Part shown: piece after piece, positions 37,973 to 50,484 of the stretch
Numbering within the stretch: position 1 is the first letter of the stretch
Layout: the number at the start of each line of letters is the position of its first letter
Origin: Calcarisporiella thermophila CBS 279.70
Taxonomy: Eukaryota; Fungi; Calcarisporiellomycota
Direction: 5' to 3'
NCBI RefSeq assembly: GCF_041956535.1
Contig: NW_027192215.1
Location: forward strand, 227,208-291,207
DNA length: 64,000 nt
Made by a program: the position numbers and the translations under genes
Notes under the pieces: model-generated
The model's database searches: none
Told to the model about the DNA's origin: nothing
The model's input: the letters and a program-made list of their open reading frames with translations, nothing else

Positions 37973-38991
37973 ATGATTCTCTCTACGCTAGTAGCACGCG
38001 TCTCCGATGGCCTCCCTCTGGCCGCTTCCATTGACGATGAGCAAAATGAGGCCGAGATGTCTGGCTACAAACGTCAGGCTAAAATCATATTCCAGCGATT
38101 GAACGCCAACTCAGAGCCACGATGCTCAATAGAGAGCGGCCAATTCACCTTCCAGTAGGTTTCATCCCTATACGACTGCAGTCGCGCAGATGATGGATGG
38201 GTTTTTGTTGCGAGGAGTGGATAACCTGTCTATGGATTTTACTTTTTCCCCTCTAGCTATATCATCGAAAACGGAGTATGCTACCTGTGCATCTGCGAAA
38301 AATCGTATCCCCGTAAGCTTGCATTTAGCTACCTCGAAGAGCTGGCGAAGGAATTCTTTATGAGCTATGGAAATGAGGTCGAAAAGCCTGGATTAAGACC
38401 CTATGCATTCGTGAAATTTGGTAATGTATCCGATTCATTTCTAGACCTTGTGAACGGGATGGAGAGGGTGTGGGGATGGGCGGGCACTAGCAGAGAACGT
38501 GTAATAATCTGTGCAATGTAGATACATTTATGCAGAAGACTAAGCGGCTCTACCAGGACACGCGCACACAACACAATTTGACGAAATTGAATGAAGATTT
38601 GCAAGATGTATCGCGGATTATGACAAAGAACAGTATGTCATGAGCTGAATTTTGCTGCATTTTACCAGGTTAAGGTTGGGCTAACGTGCTGTTCTCTACC
38701 ATTGTAGTGGAGGATCTGCTGTGGCGAGGCCAGAGTCTTGACCGTAAGTTTATACGTCTCTCTTTCCCCCGCCATAAGACCTAAACGCGTGTGTATTTCC
38801 CTCCCCCCACCCCATTTCTACCCCGATGCACAGGGATGAGCCAACTCTCCTCACAGTTGCGCGACCACTCGGACGACTTTAAGCGCCGCGCACGACACCT
38901 GAACTTACAGGCGCTGTACCGTAAATACGGCCCGCCGGTTATCGTGGGTATCATTTTCTTACTAGTTGTATATTGGCGGTTCTTTTGGTAA
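37973..38991 (+). CDS. SEC22: R-SNARE Sec22, 5 exons
   Basis: MILSTLVARVSDGLPLAASIDD longin domain, YPRKLAFSYLEEL, RPYAFVKFD, IMTKNMEDLLWRG, C-terminal transmembrane helix. Confidence 0.96.
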
Positions 38992-40918
38992 TAAGTCATG
39001 CAAATAAACATTATTTTGGCTGTTTCGATCATCCTGACCCTCTTCCAGTGTCATACTTCTGGTTTGAGAGATTACTTCATTCAAAACGGGGCGATAGCCC
39101 CGGATAAACACGCGTACTGCTGTCTGAAATTGCAGAAATCCACATGATATCGACATTCGCTACATGCCAGGCGGGCCCCAGTGCATTATTTTCGCCCTCT
39201 CTGTTACAAGACATGGTTGAGTCAGGAGCGACGTAATATAAAATTGTTTGGGCGACTATCCAAGATATCATCTAAACACGGCTCCCCCAGCCTTGATGGG
39301 CAGGGAAGAGAGCCCAGCGATCACACACAATGATCTCTCGGGATGCCCCACTTCTCAAGACAGGCCCCGGGGAGGGGGGGGGGAGCGTTCCCTGTGCCAA
39401 TCCGCTGCCGGCCCCGAGCCTCCCTGGCCAAGAGTCGCCTCGCGTCGACAGCGAGACCATTGTGCGATCGGATTGGAGAAGCTCTTGGCGAGGTGGTTTA
39501 AGATTCATCCGTGGTAGGATGATCCGAAGCAAACAACACAGAAACATTTTTCATATTAACATCCTAAGGAGCCCAGAGGGTGTGGCAAGACGAGGAGGAT
39601 AGCAAAGGTTGCACCGGCCGGTTTTGGTTAGAGGAGTTTCCTAGAGGGGCAGCCGAAGACTCCTCCTTCCACCTTGAGCATGGCGAATGGAGAGGGTGTG
39701 GGAATATCGCTCTGCGTGTTAGTTTATCCTTATGGGACCATTTTTCATTATTCCAAACTCGCGCCTGAAGCCATGAATCAGCGTTAGGGTGGCCATGGAA
39801 ACTGGGACGCCCGGGTGGATCGGATTTCAAAAGGCCAAATGCGGGCCAGAGCCCCATTATGCCTGGAAGGCGACTCTTGTTTCAGATCTTCTGAAAGCTA
39901 ATCCACGCTCGCAAATCCTTTGCGCTTCCTCCCTTGAGGAGGGCTCCGCTGAGACGATCCGCTGGGCGAGGGCGCCAGCATTTGCTTGCAGCCCTCCCCT
40001 TCCGATGATTGTTTGGGCCGCAAACCTAACCCTATAGGCTAGCAGGCCCAAATGCTCAGAGCAGCGGCGGAGAATACCCTTACAAGCGCGCTGAATGGGG
40101 ACTGCGTCACGGCAGATGCGGAGATTCCTTTTGGGAACATCCTAGCTGCTACCCGCCTGTATCAGGTTGCATGATGGGGATGAGCAAAATCTATGGAGAC
40201 GCTAGGCTGGATAAAGCTAGAGTGGGGTTGAGAGCGTGGACAAGAAACCTTCTGTCCGTAGTGCCCAGTGGGCGCTTGGAAGGGACGTAATGGGTTGGAT
40301 AAGAAGAAATGGCACGAAAGAGCAGCGATGGCTAAGACACCCGCGGCAGGGTGAAGCGGGAAGGGGCAGAGGAGCCGAGCGGAGTGGGCCGGCCCTACTG
40401 AGCGTGCAGTCTTAAACTTCATTCGGAGAGAATATGCCGAATCATGTCAGTTGGGCGTCCAAAACCAAAATATGCGCATGATGCAAGAAGTCGAGCATGC
40501 GAATCGTCGCCCAAAGGGAAAAAACGGCTTGCAAGGCAACCTGCGGCTGAAGCTCACCCCGAAACCATGCAACAGGGCTTGGGCTGGAGTGCATGGGAGC
40601 CTGGATAGAGTTAAAATTTGCTCCTCTCCTTCTTTCATATTAAACCCTACACGCTGGCACCTCCATCACCCATTGCGTGATCCCGTTGCGGCCAAAGTTA
40701 AAGACCTCTCCGCCGCTCTTTGATCCTGCTGGATTTTTCTCGCCCTGCGACCCTCTAGTCTCCACCAGACCCGACGCCTCTTGCGCCTCCGAATTGATCC
40801 TCGCTCTCTCTCACGGGCAACCCATCTGGCGACGAAGGGCGGAAGATACGCACAAGATAAAAGAAAAGCAACCGCCTAGAAGACTTGGTTCAACCAGAAA
40901 CAGATACAGGAAGACTCC

Positions 40919-41080
40919 ATGGAGATTGTTTGGATTCCCTTCCAATACTGCGTGGGATGCGGCCTCCAGCAAGGCCACAGCGCTCAGTGCCAATTTCCAG
41001 AGGAGAGCGCAGTCCTGGTGTGCCAGGAGTGCTTTGCTTGCTTCCCGCTACACCAGGCAACATGTTCGGCCGCTGGCTGA
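40919..41080 (+). CDS. Small 53-aa protein with two CxxC-x5/6-H-x3-C motifs (putative Zn-binding)
   Basis: My translation: MEIVWIPFQYCVGCGLQQGHSAQCQFPEESAVLVCQECFACFPLHQATCSAAG*. Context TCCATGG, AATAAA at about 41147. Below the 60-aa cutoff of the ORF track. Confidence 0.55.
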   Translation: MEIVWIPFQYCVGCGLQQGHSAQCQFPEESAVLVCQECFACFPLHQATCSAAG

Positions 41081-41335
41081 ACAGAGCCGTCCGATAGCAG
41101 ACATCTCGGTTTATTTGTAGACATATTTCATTCATGTAAAATTAGCAATAAAAAGGTCTCTTTTACCCAAAGTTAGTCGTATAGGCAGAGAATAGAAGGG
41201 TGCGATATGGATGGGGTATATGCAGAGCAAAGGGATATGTACAATAGAGAGGGGGGAAATAGAAAGGACAAAAGAAACAAAAAATAGAGGACGGAGGGAG
41301 CGGGGGGTGGGGGAGAGAGAGCGAGGTCGGAAAGA

Positions 41336-42342
41336 CTATCGAGGAAACATGGAGTGCTCCCAGCTTCCCCGGCTTCGACCCTCTTCCTCCTCCTCGCCCC
41401 AACTTCGCCCCTCGCCGTTCGCCTCTTCCTCGACTCCGCCCATGTCCGCAAGCAACAGCGTCAGCAGCTTCATGAACCGCGTGTACTCCACCTCGGTCCA
41501 TTCCTCCGCTCCAAATCGTGCCCTCTCGTATCCCTCGACATAGAGAAGGCCCACCCTGGAATCCACCAGGCCGTTTTCAATGAGGTGCTCCAGGTAGTGT
41601 CTCACAGACATGGAGGGGTGCCGGGAAAGCTGTGGCGAGTTGCGCGTCGCGGCTCGCTCGATTAGAAACGGCGTCTTAGCAACAGAGGCACGAAAATTAA
41701 CGCCCTCAAAATCCGATTCTATGGGAGAGAGGAGACGGTTAGTTGCATCGGGGAAAGCAGGCGATTGTGACGGAGGTTAGGCTTACTGGGCTTCCCCCAT
41801 CCTGGCTGTCCATTCATTTCCGGATCCCTATAGGCACGGGAGGCGGTAACGCTAGATTTATTGAGACACTGCTGAATCCTGTTGAAGACTCTCTAAAGCC
41901 CCATCATAAAAAGAGCATAATAAAACAAATCGAGCTCTGGCATACGATTCCAGCTTGAGAGAGGCGTGAAGCCGAGCTTACCTTCGGAACATCTTCCTCA
42001 CGAATCATTATGTATTCTCTGGGGATATTTTTCAAAGCTCTGCGCACGGAGGCTAGCCGCAAAGACCCCAAAACGCTCGAAATAACACCCTACAACGGCA
42101 TTCACGTCAGTCATCTTGGTGCTATCGTCAAATCGATCCAATTCTTTACTAACAAGCAACACATAGACGCCACCAATAATCAGCACCGTAATGTAGTTTT
42201 GACCATTGGCTACATTGAGCTGCCCTGGTTCAAGCGCCTGTGCAATGATATCATAGGCCGACACGATCAAGCACAGCGCCGTGAATGCAACAAATATAAA
42301 CAGGGAAAAGGTGCGTACGCAGGGACCTATTCTATATGGCAT
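41336..42342 (-). CDS. DLT1-like membrane protein with C-terminal DUF4129-like region, 4 exons
   Basis: Two N-terminal TM helices, then RLASVRRALKNIPREYIMIREEDVPK, PGWGKP, SVRHYLEHLIENGLVD..YVEGYERARFG. Confidence 0.75.
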
Positions 42343-43099
42343 GGAAATGGAGTCGATCGAAATAAAGAAGAAGCTCTTGAAAATTGGGGAAACTATAACT
42401 AGGGCTGCGCCCACAATTTGATTTTTCGGATCCTCCTCTACAGGATAGATTTGTAGAATCGGGAGTAAGATTTAGCTAAGGGCTATCACAAATAAATACG
42501 AAATGGGCGAGGCTTCCTTACTTTATTTAAATAAAGAGATTATTGAGAGGGTTTGAGGTAGCAGTTGGTGAACATGACTCGCTTTGTGATTTAGAATGAT
42601 AAACTATAGAGTTCAGCGAGATCCCGCCAAAGATATTTCTATATATCGGGCGTATTTATTCCCTCTATTCGCGTCAAACCATAAGGTAAACTTAGCCCTA
42701 TGCAGTGCTTTTAGGATTGGAGAGATAGAGCGGAAGCCAAAAGTGGATACGCAACCCCCCTACACCTGGCCCAAGGCAATTTAAGAGTGTTTGCCGTCGA
42801 TCCGTTCGGCACCACCTGCCGAGGGCATGCAAATCATAGAGTAGATGGGCTTGGGGATGGAAAAGTCCTCTCGGAGCAAGTAAACTGAGGTCAGACGCCT
42901 CAATGCCGAAGCATAGAACTCAGATTCTCTCTCTTATCCAATGAAGGGGTATTAGGAAGGATTTTTCTAATTGACATCACAAGAGACAAAACAAGAATAA
43001 GAAAGTACATGCGTCCAGCGAAAAACACGACTAGCATTCATTAATAAATAGACAACATTAAATAAATAAATTCTTCTATGGAACAGTGGAATCCACGTA

Positions 43100-43884
43100 T
43101 TAGTTCTCCTTCTTGACGTTCTTCTTTTGCTCGTTACTCTTCTGGCCGGAAAGCACCTCGGCCGCCATGTGAGGAGGAAGTGGCTGCGCCATCATGCCTG
43201 CGAAAAGACCCTCCTTTCGGAACGGCCGTGGTAGTTCTCGGCCCCACCAATGGATCTGGGTTTCCTTCGCCACAATGAATTCCTTGATACTAAAAACGGC
43301 TTGGAAGAGGAGGGGCAGTGTATAGCCCATGGTCAGGTGGATCAGCACTACGACCGCGGCACTTCCCAAAGTGATCTTAATATCGCGATTAATCTCGCCC
43401 AGATCATAATCTTTGTTCTAATAATGGGATGGGGAGGTTAGACGCCGGTTAGTCCTGCGGAGGGAGGACACGGAACATCCAAGTAGGTATCCGAATTACC
43501 GTTGTGGTTACTAGCTGTCCCTCAAGATGGCCAGGTTTTGCCTCGACATATCGTAGGGTTGTCCTATCTTTATTGGCATTAACAAAATAAGCTTGCATTT
43601 CAATCCACGGCCGTATAGAATCTAGAGGTACCATTCCTGCGCTTTATGCCAGTGATGAGCAAGAAATAAAACGCCAGCGTAATAAGTTGAGAACCTCCAT
43701 ATATGACTCGCACCCAGTATGCCACCGCTGGATTCTCGGTGTCGATGGTACCGGTGAAGCGTGAGACGAGGGTGAAGATGGCAAGATCGAGGAGCTAGTG
43801 ACGAGATGAAGTAAGGTAAGTTAATCTCTCCAAGGAGGTGATGATGAAGTAATCTATTAATCAAGAACTTACAGGGCTATCCAT
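43100..43884 (-). CDS. PHO88: Pho88/Snd3 family ER membrane protein, 4 exons
   Basis: MDSP|LLDLAIF..WVRVIYGGSQLI..KRRN|DRTTLRYVE..VTTT|..DYDLGEI..IHLTMGYTLPLLFQ..IHWWG..LPRPF. Confidence 0.85.
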
Positions 43885-44096
43885 GATGAGGAATCGTAGG
43901 GGCGGGGAAGATGGAAGGAAGAGCTGAAAAAAATTAGAAGGATGAAGAAGCTGAGCTCGTATTTAAGTTGGGAGCGAAATGGGAATACAAAAAATTCGAT
44001 GTGCACGCGGACAATAACTGAGCCACTTGGAAGTGAACAGAAAACGGTGACTTGCTTTCTCGTGTTCCTTGCCGATTTTCCTTTCTCAACCATCTC

Positions 44097-45146
44097 ATGT
44101 CAATTGTATTATTGTTCGTCTCGAGCGAGAACACGTCCGAATCGGAGCGCCGCTTCGATAAGGGCCTCAGTATATTCCAGTTGAAGGTAGTGAAGATGCC
44201 AGTCTATAGAAAAGGGCTTAAGGTGTTCCGATTAACCTCATTTCAATCCTAGGGAAAACTCGAAACTATTACGGGAATACCTCATCAATACCAGCAACTT
44301 ACGCTCTATCAAGGAGACAAGCCTGTTGCTTCTCTAGAGGGTAATGAAGATGCTCTACTAGGGGCGTTTCCAGTTGAGAATTACATGCGTTTACACGTGA
44401 GCCTCTTTTATTCCCCATCCCCTCCTCTAAAGAATGCTTCTATTAACCATCACCATCTAGGTCGGCAATACAAATCCACACAAAATTAAAGGCCAATATA
44501 CAGATTTATCGCAAGTCAAAAAATATGAGATGCCCGAAGAGGAATATGTCAAGCGGACAGGTGACTTTGTGCTAGTTTGAATACACGTACTGCAGGTCAC
44601 TAATTGAAAGATTCATTGGTTGAAAGATTCGGTACTCGCCTTTAAGCAGCGCAATAAGCTTGGAAGATTCTCGGATGCCGCATCATCTGCATCAATGGAG
44701 GATGAGGAGGCTTTCAAGGACGAGGCTGCAAATATCCAGGTTGGCAGTAGATGCGAAGTGATGGTAGGCGAGGGACATTTGAAACGGCGTGGTACCGTGC
44801 GCTTTGTAGGTGAGTGTGGCATCCTTCCAAGCTATTTTCGGTAAAGGTGGCTTAACTCGATCCCCTTTCATTCTTCCAGGCCAGACAAAGTTTAAGCCAG
44901 GCTTCTGGGTGGGGGTGGAGTATGACGAGCCACTGGGGAAAAACGATGGAAGGTAGAGGGTGTACATTATTATGTTAGACTCAATTCCATTGATTCTTAG
45001 CAACCCTTTCAATTAGTGTGGATGGAGAGCAATACTTTGAGTGCCGCCCTAAGCATGGGGCATTTGTGCGGCCAAACAAGGTTACCGTAGGCGATTTTCC
45101 TGAGCTCGATCTATTTGACGAGGAGGATGAGCTTGAGGAGCTATGA
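44097..45146 (+). CDS. TBCB: Tubulin-folding cofactor B (Ubl + CAP-Gly), multi-exon
   Basis: [79 protein letters not shown]. Confidence 0.95.
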
Positions 45147-46962
45147 ATGGGGTCGGCCGGGGGGAATTCTCTTATTCGGGGGACATTCTTGGGGTGAGGT
45201 GGCGTCCCCGGTTTACTTCTAAGAATAATACAACCAAAAGGCCCATTGGAATTATGTTGTGGACCTAAGCCAATTCTCTTTTCTAAATACAAGACTATGC
45301 GAGTGAGATAGTTCGCGTTTTAGGATGTTCGGCTGAAGATGGTTGCTAAAGAGATCGGCTGTTTTATTATTAAAGGATGGGAGGAGGATCCTAAATAGCC
45401 TTTGAATTTTGAGGTTGGAAAGAGTCTATTCAATATAGCTCAAAGTGGAGTCCCGATGGGTGCAGGAGCTAATAAAATTCAGAAGTAAAACTTTTGGCCG
45501 AAGCAAGCTTCGCAGCATACCTCGATTTTGAGAGATCGGTGGTTGTGTTACATTGTAAATGAAACGCGGGCGCTTTTAATATGCAACAACTTAGTTAGAT
45601 AGGGTTAGGTTTGCGGCCGATTTAGGTCTGCTTAGATGGATTCTGAAACGTACTAAGAATCTCACAATTCAGCATTAACAAAATTCACTTCTAAGTGTCT
45701 TAGGGCGCTATGTTGAAAACATAGCCAAGACAACAATGGAATCTCATGTATATGAATTGAGCCGATGACTTTTATGTGTCAATGAACCATTCAGATGGCA
45801 ATCAATCTGATGATGCCATGGATGTTCTTCCGCTAACCTTGCCAGCTTAAGGCTAGGTAGGAAGGATCATTCCTTAAGATTGGAGTTGGGAGCTGCAAAA
45901 ATGAATTAGCATAGATGCTGGGAGAAATGATATAGTTTGTGGGGAAAATTATGGAGGAGAAAAGCTACGATGAATAACGTGATACCATCCAGGTATGATC
46001 TTGTTCTTCCTGTTTACCCATCTGCAAGAGATGAGAGGGTTAAAAATAGTGTAGGCTAAATAGAAAAACCGTAATCTAATTTTGAAAAGCCTTGGCTATT
46101 GCAGTAATTCTATATACAGCCGGCTGTGATCGTTGGGGGAAAATGAAGCCGCTGCAAAACTGGTTCGCAAAAAAATAAGGCCGCCCCAAAGTCAATATGA
46201 TAGCAATGAAGCAATGAAACTCCGCACAATCGCTCTTGGTGAGACGATGATGAGGGATTAACCATCAGCGATCGGGTAGAGATGAAGCAGCTTGCAGTGC
46301 AAATCGTCGTGAGGGACGAAGGATCTAGGCGCAATCAGATTGCACTCATTAAATCAAGAGAGGTGCTACCCAAGAAACAGGAGGCCCTCTATACGTTAGG
46401 TCCTCCACCAATGATCGCCCCGGAACTCGGATCATTCAGCAATAGGGTACTAGACGACACAAGATGAGGGTAGACGCGAAAGCGATCTAGATGCTCAAGA
46501 TCTCTCATGATCAAAAGCGAAACTGTTTGGTTCTGGCGAGCTGAATAAAAAATCTAGAAAAAACCAATGAGTCATTTTCTCGACGGATCTAAGCCACATG
46601 CACTGCTGATTGGTTGGAAATTGGAAAACACCGGGTGAGTAAAATTTCGAAAAAATTTTAAAAGGTGGTCCACCAGTTGGCGCATAGCATCTCTCTCTCT
46701 CTTTCTTTTTTTTTTTTAACTATCTTCACAGATAATTTCCTTTCTTGTCGTAGCCCTCTAATTATCCCCTCTATCCCTTGTATTTTTCCAATTTTTTTAT
46801 AGTGTCTGAAAGTTGTCCGTTAATCTATTGTGTGATTGATTTGTCTTTTTTCTTCTCTTCTCTGCCTGCCCATCAACCAGCCATCATTCTATCTGCATAG
46901 CTTTCTAATTGATGCGCATTGGTTCTGCACTGCTCTTATGGCCTGATCGTAAGAAGTGGGAC

Positions 46963-48885
46963 ATGGATGAGATGCCCTCGAAAATAGTAAACCCACCTCG
47001 AGGGTTGTCGGTTGAACAAAAGAAATATAGCCTCGCTATGCTGCGTGCCCTCAAAAAGCATCGCGATGCTGCTCCTTTTCTTGAACCGGTTGACCCCGTT
47101 AAACTCGCCATTCCTGACTATCCCACTATCATCAAACATCCTATGGACTTCAGTACACTTGAGAAGAAACTCACAGGCGATCAGTACGCCGACGTCTCTG
47201 AAGTGATTGAAGATTTCCAACTCGTCTTCAACAACTGTTATATTTACAATGGGAAGCATTCTGTCATTGGGCGGATGGCTCAGAATTTAGAGGAGGCATT
47301 CCAGAAACAGATAAAGCAAATGCCATCCAATGTAAGTCCTCTCTTAAAGCATCAGTGTAGAAGGGGAGACATGTGGCTAATTTGATCATGCTGTTGATCC
47401 TTGTAGGCACGCAATGATCCATCTACAATCAAATCAGAACCTGGATTAGAATCCCCCGCAGTGGCTAACAAGCGGCCAAAGCATCCCTCCAAGTCGCAAT
47501 CTCTGCCCGTGATTCGCCGATCATCCGAGGGTGATCGTCCCAAACGCGAAATCCATCCACCCCCGCCCAAAGACCTCCCGGAATCGCCCAAGCGCCCTCG
47601 CAAAGCCGATCCACAGTTACGTTTTTGTGGAACGGTGCTGCGCGAGTTGAAGAAGAAGCAGTACGCCGCGATCAATTACCCCTTCTTGCTGCCGGTTGAC
47701 CCGATAGCGCTAGGGATTCCGGACTACCACAAGGTGATCAAAGAGCCAATGGACCTGTCGACCATCGAGCGCAAGCTGAACTCGGGCGAATACCGGAACG
47801 CCACGGAGTTTGAGGGAGACGTGCGTCTAATGTTCCGCAACTGCTACTCCTACAATCCCCCCAGCAACCCCGTGCACCAAATGGGCCAGCAGCTGGAGGA
47901 AGTCTTTAACCGCAAGTGGGCCGAAAAGCCCGCCCCCGCACCTGCGCCTCCCCCCGCTCACACACATCAACACCATCACGAGGAGAAGGAAGACTCGTCT
48001 GACGATGATTCGTATGATGGTATACTATCTAATTTCTTTAGTGTGTTCTGTGTTTTTACTAGTGTATATACGCGCGATAATTTTTTGTATTTATATATTT
48101 CCCCGTTGAAAATGGTGTGTAATGATATTTTTTTTTTCTTAGACCGTGATAAGCAAATTGCTGAGCTCGAACATCACTTGCAGGTGATGTCTCAGCAGCT
48201 TGCAAGCATGAAAGATCGCAAGAAAGAGAAGAGAGAAAAAGACAAGCGCAAGAAGCTGAAAAAAGTGAGCAAACGCGAGAACGGCGGGGTGGCTGCAGCC
48301 GGCAAAGTCGCGAAGGAGCCAAAGCGGCGTGGGCGGAAGCGCGAGTTTGCCGATCTCTCCTTTGAGCAAAAGCAGGAGTTGACGGACCTCTTCGGGCAGC
48401 TCAACGAGGAGCAAATTGCCGGCGCCCTGCAGATCATCCAGGAGAACATGCCTCAACTTCAGGTGAGTGTGTCTAGTATTCCTTGTCGAGGCGCGAAGAC
48501 CGGGTTGGACTCATGTGTCCCGCCTTTTCATTGCACCTAATAGAATGAGGGCCAGGAGGAGATTGAGCTGGATATCGACGCCCTCGATCCCCATACACTT
48601 CATAAACTCTATGAATACGTGCGCAAATGCACGGGGCCCAAGCGAAAGCGCGCCTACTCGACGGGGGACACCGACTCGAAGAAGCCCAAGACGCGCTACT
48701 CCGACGAGGAGCAGACTCGCAAGATCCAGGAGCTGGAGCAATCCTTGGAGCGCTTCGAGACCCACAATGGCAGTGGCATGAACGGGGGTATTGGGGGGAT
48801 GGTGCGGGACGAGGATGATCGGCTGTCGAGTAGTGGAAGTGATAGTGATGATGGAGAGTCGAGCAGCAGCGGAGACGAGTTGTAA
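46963..48885 (+). CDS. BDF1: BET-family double bromodomain protein with ET domain, 4 exons
   Basis: BD1 PFLEPVDPVKLAIPDY..PMD..NCYIYN; BD2 PFLLPVDPIALGIPDY..NCYSYNP; ET domain LSFEQKQEL..EEIELDIDAL; Ser/Asp tail. The start codon is approximate. Confidence 0.94.
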
Positions 48886-49233
48886 ATATATACCTTTTAT
48901 CTTTTTGCCTTACCTTTTCTCTTTTTAAAAAAATTCTTACTAGTTATTTTCTTAGCTTTATATTTTTTTTTCAAAGTTTTTTTTTTTTCCTTTTTCTTTC
49001 AGTGTTCGTGTGTTATTACATTTTCCTTTTCTTTGATAGTTCCTCATATAAAAAGATATTTGACATTTTAGCAGCAATTTTGGAAGCGTTTTTTATTTTT
49101 TTTTTCCAGATCCAAAATATATTCTTATCCTTTTATTTTTATGTTTCATGATTTTTACTATGTAAATGCCCCTTCATTAAATAAAAAAAAAGGAAAGTAA
49201 CCAAGACCCCACGCCCTAAAAAGCCAGGAACGG

Positions 49234-50279
49234 CTACTTGCTGAACATGGCTCGGTACATCTCCTTCTCTTTTCGCTTGTGTCCCTCAAGTGCCTTGAGC
49301 AACTGGACCCGCAGTTGGCCCACACTCTTTTCCTCGCCCATGCGCACCAGCTCCTCTACCTCCGCCAGTCCCCTCTCGAACTCCCCAACGCCCATCAATG
49401 CTTGTGCCAGCCGATACCTGGCCTTGACATTCCCCTTATCCTCTCGCAATATCCGCTCGCACACCTTGACAGCCTCCCTTGAGTTGGTTTTCACCAGGCA
49501 AGCAGCCAGATTCAGCCGCAGCACGCCCAGCAGTGTCGCCCTCTCCGACATCTCTTCATCGCTTCCCACGAACCTGCCTTCGCCGACGGTGGCTTGGTCA
49601 TCGAGATACTCAAGGCCTTTAGAGTAGGCGAATTGGGCGGCGGCATAGTCGGAAGCCTTGAACAGGGCATTCCCCTCGTCGCGCTTTTTAAGTGCCGCCT
49701 TCAGCTTTTGGCCGGCCGACTGGAGTGATTCTTTGAACGAGAGGACCTCGACCTCGAATTTGAGCGTGGAATTGGGCGGAATCAGGGGTGGGGAGCCAGA
49801 TTGCCCATAAGCTTGCAAAGAGAATTAGTCGAGAATTAGTCATCCAGCATACACACATCCATCTACATATAGGCGCCAGTGGGGAGCCACCTCTCTATCA
49901 TATAGCACTTGAATAAATACCATAGTCGGGCTCACACAGCAATTCGGCTACCTCGCCCACTCGCATCGTTTTCACCCCTAGATCCCAGCCTTTGATGACC
50001 TGCCCGCGACCGAGATCGAAGCTAAATGGGGAGTTTCTGTCGCGCGATGAGTCGAATTTTTCGCCGGAAGGATAGAGGGTTCCCGTGTAGTGGACTATCA
50101 TCCCCGAAGCCAGGGTTGTCAGTTCGAGCCTAGCCAAGTTTGGAGCGTGGGGCAGGATGCTTACCGGAGACACGCGAGCCGACCGGGACATGGTCGCGGT
50201 CAGAAGGCCTAATCACGCGTTTCTTGAGACCATGATCGTCGGTCAGCGAGACGAAATCTGCGGAAAGCTTGGAGTCCAT
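49234..50279 (-). CDS. FKBP-type peptidyl-prolyl isomerase with TPR domain, 3 exons
   Basis: [42 protein letters not shown], then TPRs ([24 protein letters not shown]) and EKEMYRAMF. Confidence 0.93.
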
Positions 50280-50484
50280 TGTGGGGGAGGAGAGGTGGTG
50301 AATTAGTCAAACACGAAGCTAGTCAAATTGAAACAGAAAATCTCAACCAGATCGAGTTTCAGATTGATAAACGTTTGAGTTTGGCAAGAGGAATGGGGAT
50401 CCCTTATTGGTTTTCTTGATTTCTACTGGTAAATCCCTTCTGCCTTATTTCTCCACTTGTGACATATTCCTTCCCTCGCCCTTC

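Noticed and set aside
39661-39697. atggcgaatgg resembling the HDV ribozyme J4/2-P2 end
   Set aside because: The only P2 partner is immediately upstream, leaving no room for P3/L3/P1/P4. It is a simple hairpin.
39948-40085. gctgaga ... ataccct resembling a TPP riboswitch
   Set aside because: The GAACYTGAT and GRTAATRCC segments are absent and no thiamine gene is adjacent.
45860-45871. ggaaggatcatt matching the 18S rRNA 3' end
   Set aside because: Only 12 nt, with no flanking rRNA similarity.
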